32,000 bases of DNA from Ignicoccus islandicus DSM 13165 (GCF_001481685.1 NZ_CP006867.1:930001-962000), one strand, 5' to 3'; counted from the stretch's first letter, positions 1 to 9,613 are shown. The notes: generated by a model not told the origin, from the letters alone. Made by a program: numbers and translations.

Positions 1-307
1 GTACTTCAAGGCCACGTTAGTAGACTTACACGACCTCTTACAGAGGGCTTGGACTGAATTATTGAACGCGTACTACGTCGAGCACAGAATATCTCAAGCG
101 GAATTCCAGAGGCTAAAGGACGAGCTAACCTCCTTCCCAACCTTCAAGGACCCATTAACTGGCAAGACTGAGACCTTCACAATTGATTACGCTATTAAAG
201 TTAACAGCTACCTAATGAACCATCCCGAAGACATGGATAAGTTCATGAACGCTTGGAGGGAGGGAGCAAGGGTAAAATACTTAGGCGTGATTTCCTCCAT
301 CGGTTAA
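1..307 (+). CDS. C-terminal part of an ABC transporter substrate-binding protein (truncated by window start)
   Basis: Open reading frame continues from base 2 (YFKATLVDLHDLLQRAWTELLNAYYVEH...) to the TAA at 305-307, directly upstream of a permease; family inferred mainly from context. Confidence 0.5.
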   Translation, partial: YFKATLVDLHDLLQRAWTELLNAYYVEHRISQAEFQRLKDELTSFPTFKDPLTGKTETFTIDYAIKVNSYLMNHPEDMDKFMNAWREGARVKYLGVISSIG

Positions 308-313
308 TGCTAA

Positions 314-2071
314 TTGAAGGGAAGTAGGCTACTAACGGCCCTCCTTTTAGTTACGCTCGCTTATTTGACCTTTTCGTTCTTAGCGCCTCTGCTGTCAGTT
401 CTTTCGTCAGCATTTAGTTTCGATTGGAGCATTTTGAGCAATCGCTTCTACGTAAACCTAAACCCTATAGGCAATCCCATCGACGTTAGGACGTTTGGGA
501 AGAGGACTTTCATTGTAATAAAGGGCGTGGACATGGGAATAATACTTAACAGCTTGATCAACGCTGCGATTGTAACTTTCTTCGCCACCTTAATAGGAAC
601 CTCCCTCGCGCTACTGATTGGTCTCTACAATTTTAGAGGCAAGAGGTTGTTCTCAACGCTAGTCTGGATACCGCTCTTAGTAGCTCCCTTCGTTAACGCT
701 TACGTGACTAAGCTCCTCTACGGATTCAATATTCAAGGCAACACCTTAAGCTACTTGTTGAAGACCCTCGGGTTCAACGTGACGATAGGCTTCACTGGCC
801 TAGGGGGGATAGCCCTAGCGCAGACCCTGGCGTTCTTCCCAATAGTGTACGTTAACGTTCTAGCGGTGATAAACAGCATAGACGGTAGCCTAATAGAACA
901 AGGTTTCAGCTTAGGAGCTAAGGGCTTTACCTTAATTAGGAAAGTGATACTGCCTTTGGCCACCCCCGGTATACTAGCGGGAGCAGTGCTCGTATACATA
1001 TTAAGCCTAGAGGACGTTGGAGCCCCAATAGTCTTCAACTTCAAAAACGTGATGTCTTACCAAGTGTACGAGTTCTTCCAAGAGTACGCAGCGATAGGTG
1101 GAACTTCCGCCTCGGCCTTGGCGTTTTTAATGCTAGTGTTTGCGATAACTCCCGTACTCTTAATTAGAAGGTACTTGAGCTTGAGATACTACGCCAAGAT
1201 CTCCAAGGGCGCTTCGAGACCGTTTAAAAAGATGGAACTAGGTTTAAAGGGATACGTTGCCGCCTACCTCTTAATATTACCCATACTGATAGCCGCCGTA
1301 GCGCCCCAAATAGGAATATTCGTGCTCGCGTTCTCTGAGAAGTGGGTAGGTGCCCTCCCTAAGGGCTTCACCTTACACAACTTCGAGTTATTGTTCTCGA
1401 AGGAAGGCGTCTTCAGAGGTATAGTGAACAGCGTCACCTACTTGGCGTTCTCTCTACCCATACTAGCGTTCTTTGGGTTCGCTTCAGCTTACTTGACTGC
1501 TAGGGTTAAAGGCATGGAATTACTCGATCTGCTGGCTACAGCTCCCTTGGCCGTTCCGGGCTTGGTAATGGCCTTCGGATACTTCACGTTCCTTCACTCG
1601 GTAGCTCCGGGAACAGTGCTCGATCCAATAACCTTCCCAGCGTTAACGCTAGTAATAGCGTACGCGACTAGGAAGATGCCGTTTACAGTTAGATCCGTAT
1701 TTACCGCGCTCTTGCAAACGCCCAAGCAATTAGAGGAAGTGGCCGAGTCATTGGGGGCCAGTAAAACAATAGTTTTGAGGGAAGTAGTGTTGCCCCTAGT
1801 AAAGAGAGGCTTGATATCTGGGTTAATGCTCTCATCAATCTATATATTGAGTGAAGTCAGCGTTAGCGTTACCATTGGAGCGCTGGGTGGAGACATAGTG
1901 GATCCGAATCACGCTGGACCCATAACCTTCGTGATAATGAGACTAATTCAATCACCTAGCTTCGTTGGAGCGCAACCTCAAGCGGTAGCGGCTAGCATGG
2001 CAGTTATATTAATGGTAATAGAGGCGATAGTCTTCGCTTTAATAAGGAAGTTGCACGTATTAGCCTATTGA
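314..2071 (+). CDS. ABC transporter permease, two-domain FbpB/ThiP-like (iron or thiamine type)
   Basis: 585 aa, many TM segments, two copies of the EAA-type loop (EQGFSLGAKGFTLIRKVILPLATPGI and EEVAESLGASKTIVLREVVLPLVKRGL). Confidence 0.85.
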   Translation: MKGSRLLTALLLVTLAYLTFSFLAPLLSVLSSAFSFDWSILSNRFYVNLNPIGNPIDVRTFGKRTFIVIKGVDMGIILNSLINAAIVTFFATLIGTSLALLIGLYNFRGKRLFSTLVWIPLLVAPFVNAYVTKLLYGFNIQGNTLSYLLKTLGFNVTIGFTGLGGIALAQTLAFFPIVYVNVLAVINSIDGSLIEQGFSLGAKGFTLIRKVILPLATPGILAGAVLVYILSLEDVGAPIVFNFKNVMSYQVYEFFQEYAAIGGTSASALAFLMLVFAITPVLLIRRYLSLRYYAKISKGASRPFKKMELGLKGYVAAYLLILPILIAAVAPQIGIFVLAFSEKWVGALPKGFTLHNFELLFSKEGVFRGIVNSVTYLAFSLPILAFFGFASAYLTARVKGMELLDLLATAPLAVPGLVMAFGYFTFLHSVAPGTVLDPITFPALTLVIAYATRKMPFTVRSVFTALLQTPKQLEEVAESLGASKTIVLREVVLPLVKRGLISGLMLSSIYILSEVSVSVTIGALGGDIVDPNHAGPITFVIMRLIQSPSFVGAQPQAVAASMAVILMVIEAIVFALIRKLHVLAY

Positions 2072-2110
2072 AGTTAAACTTATTAGTAAAAAATCTCGAG
2101 ACCCGATACG

Positions 2111-2186
2111 GGGCCCGTAGCTCAGCTGGAAGAGCGCCGCCCTCGCAAGGCGGAGGTCCCGGGTTCAAATCCCGGCGGGTCCACCA
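2111..2186 (+). tRNA. tRNA-Ala (anticodon CGC), 3' CCA encoded
   Basis: Acceptor GGGCCCG/CGGGTCC including G3:U70, D-stem GCTC/GAGC, anticodon arm CCGCC-CTCGCAA-GGCGG, T-arm CCGGG-TTCAAAT-CCCGG, then A-CCA. Confidence 0.95.
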
Positions 2187-2229
2187 ACACTCAAATTCCC
2201 TTCACTGCTCCACTCCCCGGTTCTCCGGA

Positions 2230-2880
2230 ATGATTGCCCTAGTTAGCGACGTTCATTGCAACGAATCGGTGCTCAAAGTAGCTAAGCTTTCAAAGGTCAT
2301 AGTGAGCAGTGGCGATTGGGACTTCTGTCCATCCGATTTCTTCCGTAAGGTATCCGAGGCGTTCGATGCCGTTTACACTATCCACGGTAACAACGACGAT
2401 ATCGATAAATTAGAGAAATATTTTTACCTCATAAGAGATGGAGAGGTAGTAAACGTAAGGGGTATAAAGGTAGGTGGCGTTAACGGAATAATCAGTCCCA
2501 AGGGGACCCCCAACAAGAAGGGCGTGCCCAGAAAGAAACCGGAGGAGTTCTTGAAATGGGCTCTAGCGATAAAGGGGAAAGTAGACCTATACCTAACGCA
2601 CGAAGTCCCCTTCCTTCCATCCTTTTTCGGTAGAATATGGAAAAACGAGGCTACTTTGAGCGCACTGAGGGCTCTCGTTGAAGTGAGGCCCAAGGTAGCC
2701 TTAATAGGTCACTTACACGCATTCAAGTGTAAAATCGGAAACTACGGGGAGACGAGGCTAGTGCACGTAGATACGTCTGTTGGTGGTTTCGCCTTACTTC
2801 GAGACATCAAGGAAATTGAGTGTGGGGAGGGGGTCGAGCCGGGAAGCGGTGGGCCAGAGCCCCGCATCCTTGGCCGCTAG
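2230..2880 (+). CDS. YfcE/Mre11-like metallophosphoesterase
   Basis: Starts MIALVSDVHCNE with SSGDWD, GNNDD and GHLHAFK metallophosphatase motifs. The longer ORF call from 2068 runs through the tRNA and is rejected. The last ~17 residues read through a GC-rich structured segment. Confidence 0.8.
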   Translation: MIALVSDVHCNESVLKVAKLSKVIVSSGDWDFCPSDFFRKVSEAFDAVYTIHGNNDDIDKLEKYFYLIRDGEVVNVRGIKVGGVNGIISPKGTPNKKGVPRKKPEEFLKWALAIKGKVDLYLTHEVPFLPSFFGRIWKNEATLSALRALVEVRPKVALIGHLHAFKCKIGNYGETRLVHVDTSVGGFALLRDIKEIECGEGVEPGSGGPEPRILGR

Positions 2881-3000
2881 ACGACCCGGCTCCGAAGAAG
2901 CTTCGGAGAAGCGTTAATAAATTAGGTGCCTAGGGGCGCCAGGGACTCTCATCGACCGCTTCCTTCGGCGGACTTCGGAGCCCCTGGAGGGCCTCAGTAC
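2831..3000 (+). ncRNA. Candidate structured RNA or structured 3' UTR
   Basis: GC-rich run with nested complementary segments: GAGCCGGG(2836-2843)/CCCGGCTC(2885-2892), CTCCGAAG-aag-CTTCGGAG (2890-2908), CTAGGGG(2930-2936)/CCCCTGG(2981-2987). Confidence 0.35.
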
Positions 3001-3024
3001 TCGATAGTCCCGTGAGAAGTATAT

Positions 3025-3696
3025 TTGTTTGGACCTTCAGTAGGAAGCATCGGAACGAGGGACTTGATCGTCATTGGAATAGACGAGGCCGGAAGGGGGC
3101 CGGTAGTAGGCAATATGTTCGTTGTAGCAGTGGCCTTAAGGGAGGAAGACATAGGGAAGCTGGAGTCGCTTGGGATAAGGGACAGTAAGAAACTAACTCC
3201 AAATAAGAGGGCCCTTTTGAGAGGGGTCGTAGAGAGGGTCGCCTTGGCTTACTCAATAGTGGAAGTATCCGTGGAGTCTATAAACGAGGGTAACTTGAAC
3301 GAGCTCACTATTAAAGCCATGAAAGAGGCCTTAGCTAACGTATTAAGGGAAATAGGGAAGGTAGACTTAGTTATAGCGGACGTGGTAGGTAACGGGAAGA
3401 GGCAGTTGGAGGAACTGAGGGAGTTAGCGGATAGGGTAGTAGTGGAGAAGGGAGCGGACAGCAAGTATCCAGCCGTTTCGGCTGCCAGTATCTTAGCTAA
3501 AGAGAAGAGAGAGGAGCACGTAAGGGCGCTAAGGGCGCTTTACGGGGACTTCGGGTCGGGCTACCCATCGGATCCTAAAACGAGGAAGTGGTTAGCATTG
3601 AACTTGGAAGCGCCGATAGTGAGGAGGAAGTGGAAAACAGTTCAGAGGGTTGCTAGTAAGCAATCCAGCAAGCCATCTAAAGGACACTTGCTTTGA
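3025..3696 (+). CDS. rnhB: Ribonuclease HII
   Basis: IGIDEAGRGPVVGNMFVVAVA, GIRDSKKLTPNKR, DVVGNGKR and KYPAVSAASILAKEKREE motifs; exact start uncertain. Confidence 0.95.
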   Translation: MFGPSVGSIGTRDLIVIGIDEAGRGPVVGNMFVVAVALREEDIGKLESLGIRDSKKLTPNKRALLRGVVERVALAYSIVEVSVESINEGNLNELTIKAMKEALANVLREIGKVDLVIADVVGNGKRQLEELRELADRVVVEKGADSKYPAVSAASILAKEKREEHVRALRALYGDFGSGYPSDPKTRKWLALNLEAPIVRRKWKTVQRVASKQSSKPSKGHLL

Positions 3697-4919
3697 CGCC
3701 TAGTTTCCATGTTCTTAATCGTTACCATTCCCTCTTCGTAGTCCTTCTTACCTATTATTACGACCCACTTGAAGTCCTTCTCAGAAACGTATGAAAGCGC
3801 CTTTTTCAGGGACTTGAAGTCGTCTAGAAGGGTTGAGTGAAGGCCCAAGCGCGCCAATTTCCTCTGAACTTCCAAAGCAGTCTTGGCGACCTCGGGCGCC
3901 AGTGGGATTACAGCAACTTCCCTCTTCCACTTAACGTCCTTTCCATATTTCTCTAAAGCTAGTGCTGTCCTATCCAAGCCTATGGCAAACCCCGTCGCTG
4001 GGAGCCTCTCGCCTCCGTATATTTCGCTTAAGGCGTCGTATCTACCACCGCCCGCTACCGAAACTGGGAAGTCCTCTACTTTCACCTCGTAAATTAAGCC
4101 GGTATAGTAAGCCAAGCCCCTCGCGAAACCTACCTTGAAGACGCACTTCTTTAAAACGTCGTCTGGCAAGTAGCTCGCTACTTCCTCCAAGTCCTTGGCC
4201 TCGCTTACGCCGTACTCCTTAGCGACCTCCAGTCCCTCCCTTATCGCTTCAACTCCTCCCTCGATCCCTATGAGGGTTTCTATTACTTCTATGGCCCTTT
4301 CGGGCTCCTTCGCCTTCTCCCTTAAGAAATCTTCGAGCTCCCTCAAAAGCCCCTTATCTATTAAGTGCATTGCGTGGTCTTGGTCATCTCCTTCTATGCC
4401 CTCTTTCGATAATATTTCCCGAAGCAACTTAACGCTCCCAACGATTACTTTGAAGGGTAGGTCCAACTCACTGTAGAACTCGTAGAGCATTGTGATAAGC
4501 TCGGCATCGGCTAAGGGCGATGGGGAACCCAATACCTCGAAGTCGGCCTGATAGAATTCCCTGTACCTTGCGAACTGAGGCTCATCGTACCTAAAGACGT
4601 TCACTATAGAAAAAACCTTAATCGGCTTAGGTAAGCCCCTCATTTTATTTAAATAGGCCCTAACTACTGAAGCAGTAGCTTCGGGCCTTAGGGTTACCTC
4701 CCTCTTGGCTTTATCCTTAAAAACGAACATCGTCCTCCTTATTTCCTCTCCACTCTTTAATGAGAATAGCTCGAACCTCTCAACTGTTGGCAGGAAGATC
4801 CTATCGAAGCCCCATCTTCTCGCCAATTCCTCGCTCTTTTTGGTAACGGTTTCTAGGTACAGGGCTTCGGAACCTATTATGTCTCTGAAACCTCTCAAGG
4901 GCTCTACGTTGAGCTTCAT
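3642..4919 (-). CDS. hisS: Histidyl-tRNA synthetase
   Basis: Class II motifs: LRPEATASVVRAY, FRYDEPQFARYREFYQADFEVLG, YYTGLIYEV, GGGRYDALSEIYGG, GFAIGLDR. Confidence 0.95.
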   Translation of the reverse strand: MKLNVEPLRGFRDIIGSEALYLETVTKKSEELARRWGFDRIFLPTVERFELFSLKSGEEIRRTMFVFKDKAKREVTLRPEATASVVRAYLNKMRGLPKPIKVFSIVNVFRYDEPQFARYREFYQADFEVLGSPSPLADAELITMLYEFYSELDLPFKVIVGSVKLLREILSKEGIEGDDQDHAMHLIDKGLLRELEDFLREKAKEPERAIEVIETLIGIEGGVEAIREGLEVAKEYGVSEAKDLEEVASYLPDDVLKKCVFKVGFARGLAYYTGLIYEVKVEDFPVSVAGGGRYDALSEIYGGERLPATGFAIGLDRTALALEKYGKDVKWKREVAVIPLAPEVAKTALEVQRKLARLGLHSTLLDDFKSLKKALSYVSEKDFKWVVIIGKKDYEEGMVTIKNMETRRQSKCPLDGLLDCLLATL

Positions 4920-4921
4920 CC

Positions 4922-5353
4922 CTACGCCCAGAGGAGCTTGTATGCGAGCATTATTACGAGTACCACTATCATCACTAATAGAACTTGATTTATGAACAGT
5001 AGGTTATTCACGGAATTTTGAAGGTTCGTTAAAACGTCCATCATTTTGCTCATGCTTTCAGTCATCTTAACCATTGTATCGCTTAGGTTGATCATAGCCT
5101 TGTTCATGTTCATGATACTTACTTCCATTGTTTTTATGCTACCTATTACGGTCGCGTTAATTGCGTTGATCGCCTCCTGAAGGGCGTTGGTTTTCGCCTC
5201 CAAGGCCTTCACCTTCGTGGTCAACTTAAGGGTGGCGTTAGTAAGTAATTTAATTACGTCCATCATCGGAAACATTTCGTTTAAGTTGCCTCCTTGAGGG
5301 AGGGATGGGGAAGGGAGCGACGGTGGATTCTGAACGCTCAGAGGAATTTTCAA
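4922..5353 (-). CDS. Hypothetical protein, probable coiled coil with C-terminal transmembrane anchor
   Basis: 143 aa ORF with heptad-like region and C-terminal hydrophobic helix (LLFINQVLLVMIVVLVIMLAYKLLWA). Confidence 0.55.
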   Translation of the reverse strand: MKIPLSVQNPPSLPSPSLPQGGNLNEMFPMMDVIKLLTNATLKLTTKVKALEAKTNALQEAINAINATVIGSIKTMEVSIMNMNKAMINLSDTMVKMTESMSKMMDVLTNLQNSVNNLLFINQVLLVMIVVLVIMLAYKLLWA

Positions 5354-5360
5354 GACTCAA

Positions 5361-5783
5361 CTACCTAGGAGGTAGTAGCTTCCTATCAAGTTTAATTCTA
5401 ACGTTCCACGAACCGCTTAGGTCTTGAGAGCACGCTTCCTCGATCTCTTCTAAGTTTAAATCTATTTTTAAAAGGCCCCTTCCGCTAGCGCTAAGTTCCG
5501 TGAGAGAACTGTATACCGCTTCCCTTTTCTTGAGCTGTTTGCTCAAGCATTCCAACGCGCCTCGGAGGGATCTCCAAAATCCCTTCCGAGCCTCTTTACA
5601 TTTATTGGTACTCTCGTCCTCCAAACAATACCTATACCCTATAGGCAGAGAAGCGTAGGCGAACAAGCTTCCTACGTGACTGTTCAAAATATCCGAAGAA
5701 CCGAGCAACACTGTTCCATCATATTTGCGTCCCTCCTCGTAGCAAATGTGGCCTCCCAAGCATCCCTCTGATGGAGATCTCAC
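5361..5783 (-). CDS. Hypothetical protein
   Basis: 140 aa ORF filling the space between neighbours; 65-nt overlap with the next upstream ORF suggests a later start. Confidence 0.45.
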   Translation of the reverse strand: MRSPSEGCLGGHICYEEGRKYDGTVLLGSSDILNSHVGSLFAYASLPIGYRYCLEDESTNKCKEARKGFWRSLRGALECLSKQLKKREAVYSSLTELSASGRGLLKIDLNLEEIEEACSQDLSGSWNVRIKLDRKLLPPR

Positions 5784-6009
5784 TGTCTCTATTTATAGTT
5801 GCTAAGAACAGCGTTAGTGCCTTCTTGTAATCGATGTCCTTAAATAGGTCATCTAATTCTTCGGTGAACGCTTTTCGGAGTTCCTCTAATACGTCCTCGT
5901 TAACGTTTCTGACTAGCTTGAGGCTCCCGAGCTCGAACGGTCTTCCCTCCCCAAGCGTTTCAAACACCCTATTGAAGGCGTTAACTAAGTTTTCGAGGGA
6001 ACTCTTCAT
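5719..6009 (-). CDS. Hypothetical protein
   Basis: 96 aa ORF with charged/hydrophobic helical composition. Confidence 0.45.
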   Translation of the reverse strand: MKSSLENLVNAFNRVFETLGEGRPFELGSLKLVRNVNEDVLEELRKAFTEELDDLFKDIDYKKALTLFLATINRDSEISIRGMLGRPHLLRGGTQI

Positions 6010-6227
6010 CCAATTCTCTTACTACTCATTCTTCTAATTCCTTTAGAGCTTCCTCGGCACTAGCGTAGCAGCCGAAAACTTATTGCCTTTATAATGGATC
6101 GTTATCATTGAGCAGTACTTCAATCAGGACAACAGTTTACACGAGTTCTCCTCAATTGCTAACGTCTCCTCGATAACCAAAAACGAGTCGTCCCAGCTAC
6201 CAATAAACCTCTCTTTGACACTAATTA

Positions 6228-6878
6228 ATGGGAAGGGAAATGGACAAGTATCAGCTGATTGAGAAGCTAATTAGAGAAGGTTATATAAGGAGAAAGGAAG
6301 TGGCGGAGGCCATGTTGAAGGTACCCAGAGAGGAGTTCGTGCCAGAGGAGCTGAGGCCTTACGCCTACGAAGACAGACCTTTACCTATCGGAAGAGGTCA
6401 AACGATTAGCGCACCACACATGGTCGCTTACATGATAGAGGCAGCTGGGGTGAAGAGGGGAGACAAGGTCTTGGAAATAGGCACCGGTTCCGGGTACAAC
6501 GCTGCAGTACTGGCCGAAATAGTTGGGCCCGAAGGGAAAGTATATACAATTGAGAGAATAAGGGAGTTGGCGGAGAAGGCCAAGGAGCGATTAGAGAAGT
6601 TAGGGTACGGTAATAGGGTAAAGGTGTTCGTTGGGGACGGTTCCAAAGGGCTACCTCAATTCGCGCCTTTCGATAAAATAATAGTTACTGCCGCTGCTAA
6701 GGAGATTCCAATGGAGTTAGTGGAACAACTGAAGCCCGGAGGAGTAATGGTTATACCAGTAGAGGACTGGGGCGGTCAAGTTTTACTGAGAGTCATCAAA
6801 GGGAAGGACGGAAAAGTTATCGTAGAGAGGCTCTTACCAGTTATGTTCGTCCCCTTACTCTCTGGCACAGAGGAGTGA
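6228..6878 (+). CDS. pcm: Protein-L-isoaspartate O-methyltransferase
   Basis: VPREEFVPEELRPYAYEDRPLPIGRGQTISAPHMVAYM and VLEIGTGSGYNAAVLAEIVG. Confidence 0.95.
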   Translation: MGREMDKYQLIEKLIREGYIRRKEVAEAMLKVPREEFVPEELRPYAYEDRPLPIGRGQTISAPHMVAYMIEAAGVKRGDKVLEIGTGSGYNAAVLAEIVGPEGKVYTIERIRELAEKAKERLEKLGYGNRVKVFVGDGSKGLPQFAPFDKIIVTAAAKEIPMELVEQLKPGGVMVIPVEDWGGQVLLRVIKGKDGKVIVERLLPVMFVPLLSGTEE

Positions 6879-8193
6879 AGCCGCTAATTTTAGAGAACTC
6901 CTTGAGAACGCTTAGTATAACTACGTCGTACGCCTTCGGACCCATTACTTGAACGCCCACGCCGTCTTCTATAGGCGCGTTCCCTGCTGGGAGACCGGCC
7001 AAGTTGGCTGGAACGGTTAGCAAGTCCATTGCGTAGAGCTCACTAGGTTTCCACTTCTTACCCAATTGAGGCGGCTTCTTAGGCATGGTTGGGGTTAGTA
7101 TGAGCCTATTGCCCCTCATCGTTTCCATTAATTTCTCGTACACCAGCCTCCGGACTTTCAGCGCTTTCAAGTAAATTTCCTCGCTATAGCCCGCTGAGAG
7201 GACTATGGAACCCATGGCTATCCTCCTCTTCACTTCCCAGCCGAAGAACTTACCCCTTACCTCTGCAATGTATTCGTAGAAGTTCTCTACCCTCCTCGGA
7301 AGCTCTTCGGGAGGAGGTCCGTACCTAATGCCATCGTACCGGGAGAGGTTACTGGAAGCTTCCGCTAGTGCTATAACGTAATACGCTGGTAGCGCGAACT
7401 CGAGAACCTCTATCTTCTCATACTCCACGTTATCCAACTTCTTCGCGAACGCCTCGAAGGAGGCCCTCACGTCATTATCTACGTGTTCCAAGACGTTCTC
7501 AGGGACGACGAATGAGACCTCATCGCTCTTCGCGAAGTCGTAGTCTGTAGAGGTTCCGTCCCTCGGATCTTTCCCCGTAATAGTTAGGAATAGCTCTTCC
7601 AGTTGATCTACTGAAGGCGCCATAGGCGATATTTGGTCTAGCGAGTCGGCGTATGGAATCAAACCGAACCTAGATACCGCGCCGTAAGTTGGCTTTAAGG
7701 AATAAACTCCGCACCAAGCCCCTGGGGCCCTTACGGATCCTCCAGTATCGCTTCCTAGACCCGGTAAACAGTACCTTGCTGCCGACGCACCGGCGCCGGA
7801 AGAGGATCCCCCAGGGACCAAGCTCTTATCTAAGGGATTGAGAGTAGGACCGAACGCGCTAGTTTCGCCGGTAGTACCCATTGCGAACTCGTCCATGTTC
7901 GTCTTTCCAACAATTACGTAGCCTCTCTCCCTAAGCTTCTCAACAACGGTAGCATCGAACGGGGGGAAGTAGTTGGAGAGCATTTTGGAGCCAGCTGTGG
8001 TCCTGATACCCTTTGTGGAAATGTTGTCCTTAATTGTAATCGGCTTAGGCTCAATACCTCTTTCCGAAAGCTCCCTCGCTTCCCTTATTACGTCCTCAGT
8101 TCGTCTCAAAGTTATGAACGAGTTAAGATCGTCTTTGGAGAGCTCTTCCATTAGCGCCTCGAAACCGTCCAAATTCATCAATTCGCCCGTCAA
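6841..8193 (-). CDS. gatA: Amidase-signature protein, likely Asp-tRNA(Asn)/Glu-tRNA(Gln) amidotransferase subunit A
   Basis: ITIKDNISTKGIRTTAGSKML, LVPGGSSSGAGASAARYCLPGLGSDTGGSVRAPGAWCGVYSLKPTYGAVSRFG. Confidence 0.9.
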   Translation of the reverse strand: MTGELMNLDGFEALMEELSKDDLNSFITLRRTEDVIREARELSERGIEPKPITIKDNISTKGIRTTAGSKMLSNYFPPFDATVVEKLRERGYVIVGKTNMDEFAMGTTGETSAFGPTLNPLDKSLVPGGSSSGAGASAARYCLPGLGSDTGGSVRAPGAWCGVYSLKPTYGAVSRFGLIPYADSLDQISPMAPSVDQLEELFLTITGKDPRDGTSTDYDFAKSDEVSFVVPENVLEHVDNDVRASFEAFAKKLDNVEYEKIEVLEFALPAYYVIALAEASSNLSRYDGIRYGPPPEELPRRVENFYEYIAEVRGKFFGWEVKRRIAMGSIVLSAGYSEEIYLKALKVRRLVYEKLMETMRGNRLILTPTMPKKPPQLGKKWKPSELYAMDLLTVPANLAGLPAGNAPIEDGVGVQVMGPKAYDVVILSVLKEFSKISGFTPLCQRVRGRT

Positions 8194-8582
8194 GGCATTC
8201 CGCCCCGCCCATTCAAAAGCAAGTATGCGAACTGATCGCCCGCTTTAACTAGGGCGATTCCAACGACTATACTAACTGCAGTATATATTGCGGCCATCAA
8301 CCAGTTTCCATCCATTAATAGGAAATAGTCGTCGGCCACGAAGGTACTGAAGGTGCTCAAGGCCCCGCAAAAACCGGTCGCAACGGCCAGTTTGAACTGA
8401 TCCGGCAACCCCCTCTGATATTCGAAGAGTCCGAGAACGAATCCGAGAACGAAGCTAGCTATTGCGTTAACTGTGAAGGTAGCCAAGGGGAAATCGAGCG
8501 GTTTGGGGAGAAACTTGTAGAAGTAGTACCTAGCTACCGCTCCGAACGCACCCCCCAAGGCAACCCATATCAGCGCTTCCAT
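8190..8582 (-). CDS. crcB: Fluoride exporter CrcB/Fluc
   Basis: GGAFGAVARYY, FPLATFTVNAIASFVLGF and GFCGALSTFSTF motifs; 130 aa. Confidence 0.93.
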   Translation of the reverse strand: MEALIWVALGGAFGAVARYYFYKFLPKPLDFPLATFTVNAIASFVLGFVLGLFEYQRGLPDQFKLAVATGFCGALSTFSTFVADDYFLLMDGNWLMAAIYTAVSIVVGIALVKAGDQFAYLLLNGRGGMP

Positions 8583-8588
8583 TGCACA

Positions 8589-9026
8589 TCAACATTCCCA
8601 TCGAACGACGTCGCCTTTTAGGCTTACTAAAGGCTTGGCCTTCCCTTCAGCTATCAGCTTCTCCAATTCCTCCGGATCTATTACGTAAGCGAACGCTTCT
8701 ACTACTTTATTCAAGTCTTTCCTCAGTACTTTAAGCTTGGTCCTAATGTATTCACCCTCAGTTACTCCTTCGTACACGTCCAGCTTCTCGAGCCCGCTTT
8801 GGGGTATGAGATAGAGTTCTCCTTCAACGTAGTGTTCTCCGCCGTTTACCAAGAGGGCGGGATACCTCTCGTCGTTGACCTTAATTTCGTAGAGGGTATG
8901 TCTTTCGGTTGTGACTGCTGTAGCCAAGAAGACTGCACCGGCCTCCACGAGTACGTCGTGCGTTGGACATCCCCTCATTAAGGTCCCGTAGGTAAACAAG
9001 AACTCCGTCGGTTCAACGTTGGCCAT
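8589..9026 (-). CDS. Gamma-glutamylcyclotransferase (AIG2-like) family protein
   Basis: FLFTYGTLMRG, YPALLVNGGEHYVEGELYLI and LDVYEGVTEGEYIRTKLKV. Confidence 0.85.
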   Translation of the reverse strand: MANVEPTEFLFTYGTLMRGCPTHDVLVEAGAVFLATAVTTERHTLYEIKVNDERYPALLVNGGEHYVEGELYLIPQSGLEKLDVYEGVTEGEYIRTKLKVLRKDLNKVVEAFAYVIDPEELEKLIAEGKAKPLVSLKGDVVRWEC

Positions 9027-9113
9027 CTTCCGTTTACCTCAATTAATTTGATAATGGACGAAATTTAGAACTTTCATTTCATTTGTAGTAAAAGTTGATA
9101 ATTTTCAATTCTT

Positions 9114-9227
9114 TTATTCATCTATCTCATTCACCATCCCATGGTGAATGCCCATCTCCACCTCTTGTCCAAATTCATTTTTCCATTTACTCACAATTAA
9201 TTCTCTCATTTCCTCAACCTTAACCAT
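9114..9227 (-). CDS. Possible 37-aa small ORF upstream of the CRISPR leader
   Basis: Conceptual translation MVKVEEMRELIVSKWKNEFGQEVEMGIHHGMVNEIDE; not in the ORF track and could be chance. Confidence 0.2.
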   Translation of the reverse strand: MVKVEEMRELIVSKWKNEFGQEVEMGIHHGMVNEIDE

Positions 9228-9439
9228 TTGAACTCAGAAACAATGGTCTCCTTAAGCACCTTTAGTTTCTACCAGACTTCCCAATGCTCAATTCCATTTG
9301 GATTCAATCAATTAGCATTGTATTTGCAAAACCAAACAAGATTTACCAATCCAGAGTTTAGACCATCAGTACAAGGTCCTTTCAAGATCGATCTTTACAA
9401 TGAGAAGGAGCTTAGATGGGTTAATAAGCGATCATGAGA

Positions 9440-9613
9440 ACTCCAATGATCATGGGGATTTCTACTCCAGCCTACCTTATACAAGTACATACATGCATAT
9501 ATTGGACAACCAAATGGGTTGATATTCGAAGAGGAAAGGTATGGTTGTGGAAAGGAGAGCTAAGGAAAGGGTTAAAAGATGGAGAATTGGTTTGTTTAAA
9601 TAGGAGGGCAACG
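9440..9613 (+). promoter_or_regulatory. Putative CRISPR leader (boundaries approximate)
   Basis: Non-coding, purine-rich on the + strand (gaggaaaggtatgg..ggaaaggagagctaaggaaagggttaaaagatgg), directly 5' of the first repeat; degenerate repeats lie at the opposite end. Confidence 0.55.

Noticed and set aside
751-1044. Antisense ORFs inside well-supported genes (e.g. 751-1044, 2424-2693, 3071-3256, 13860-14147, 24101-24313)
   Set aside because: They lie opposite strongly supported coding sequences and have no independent motifs.
2068-2229. N-terminal extension of the phosphoesterase ORF (MKLNLLVKNLETRYGARSSAGRA...)
   Set aside because: It runs through the complete tRNA-Ala gene at 2111-2186; the true start is most likely the ATG at 2230.
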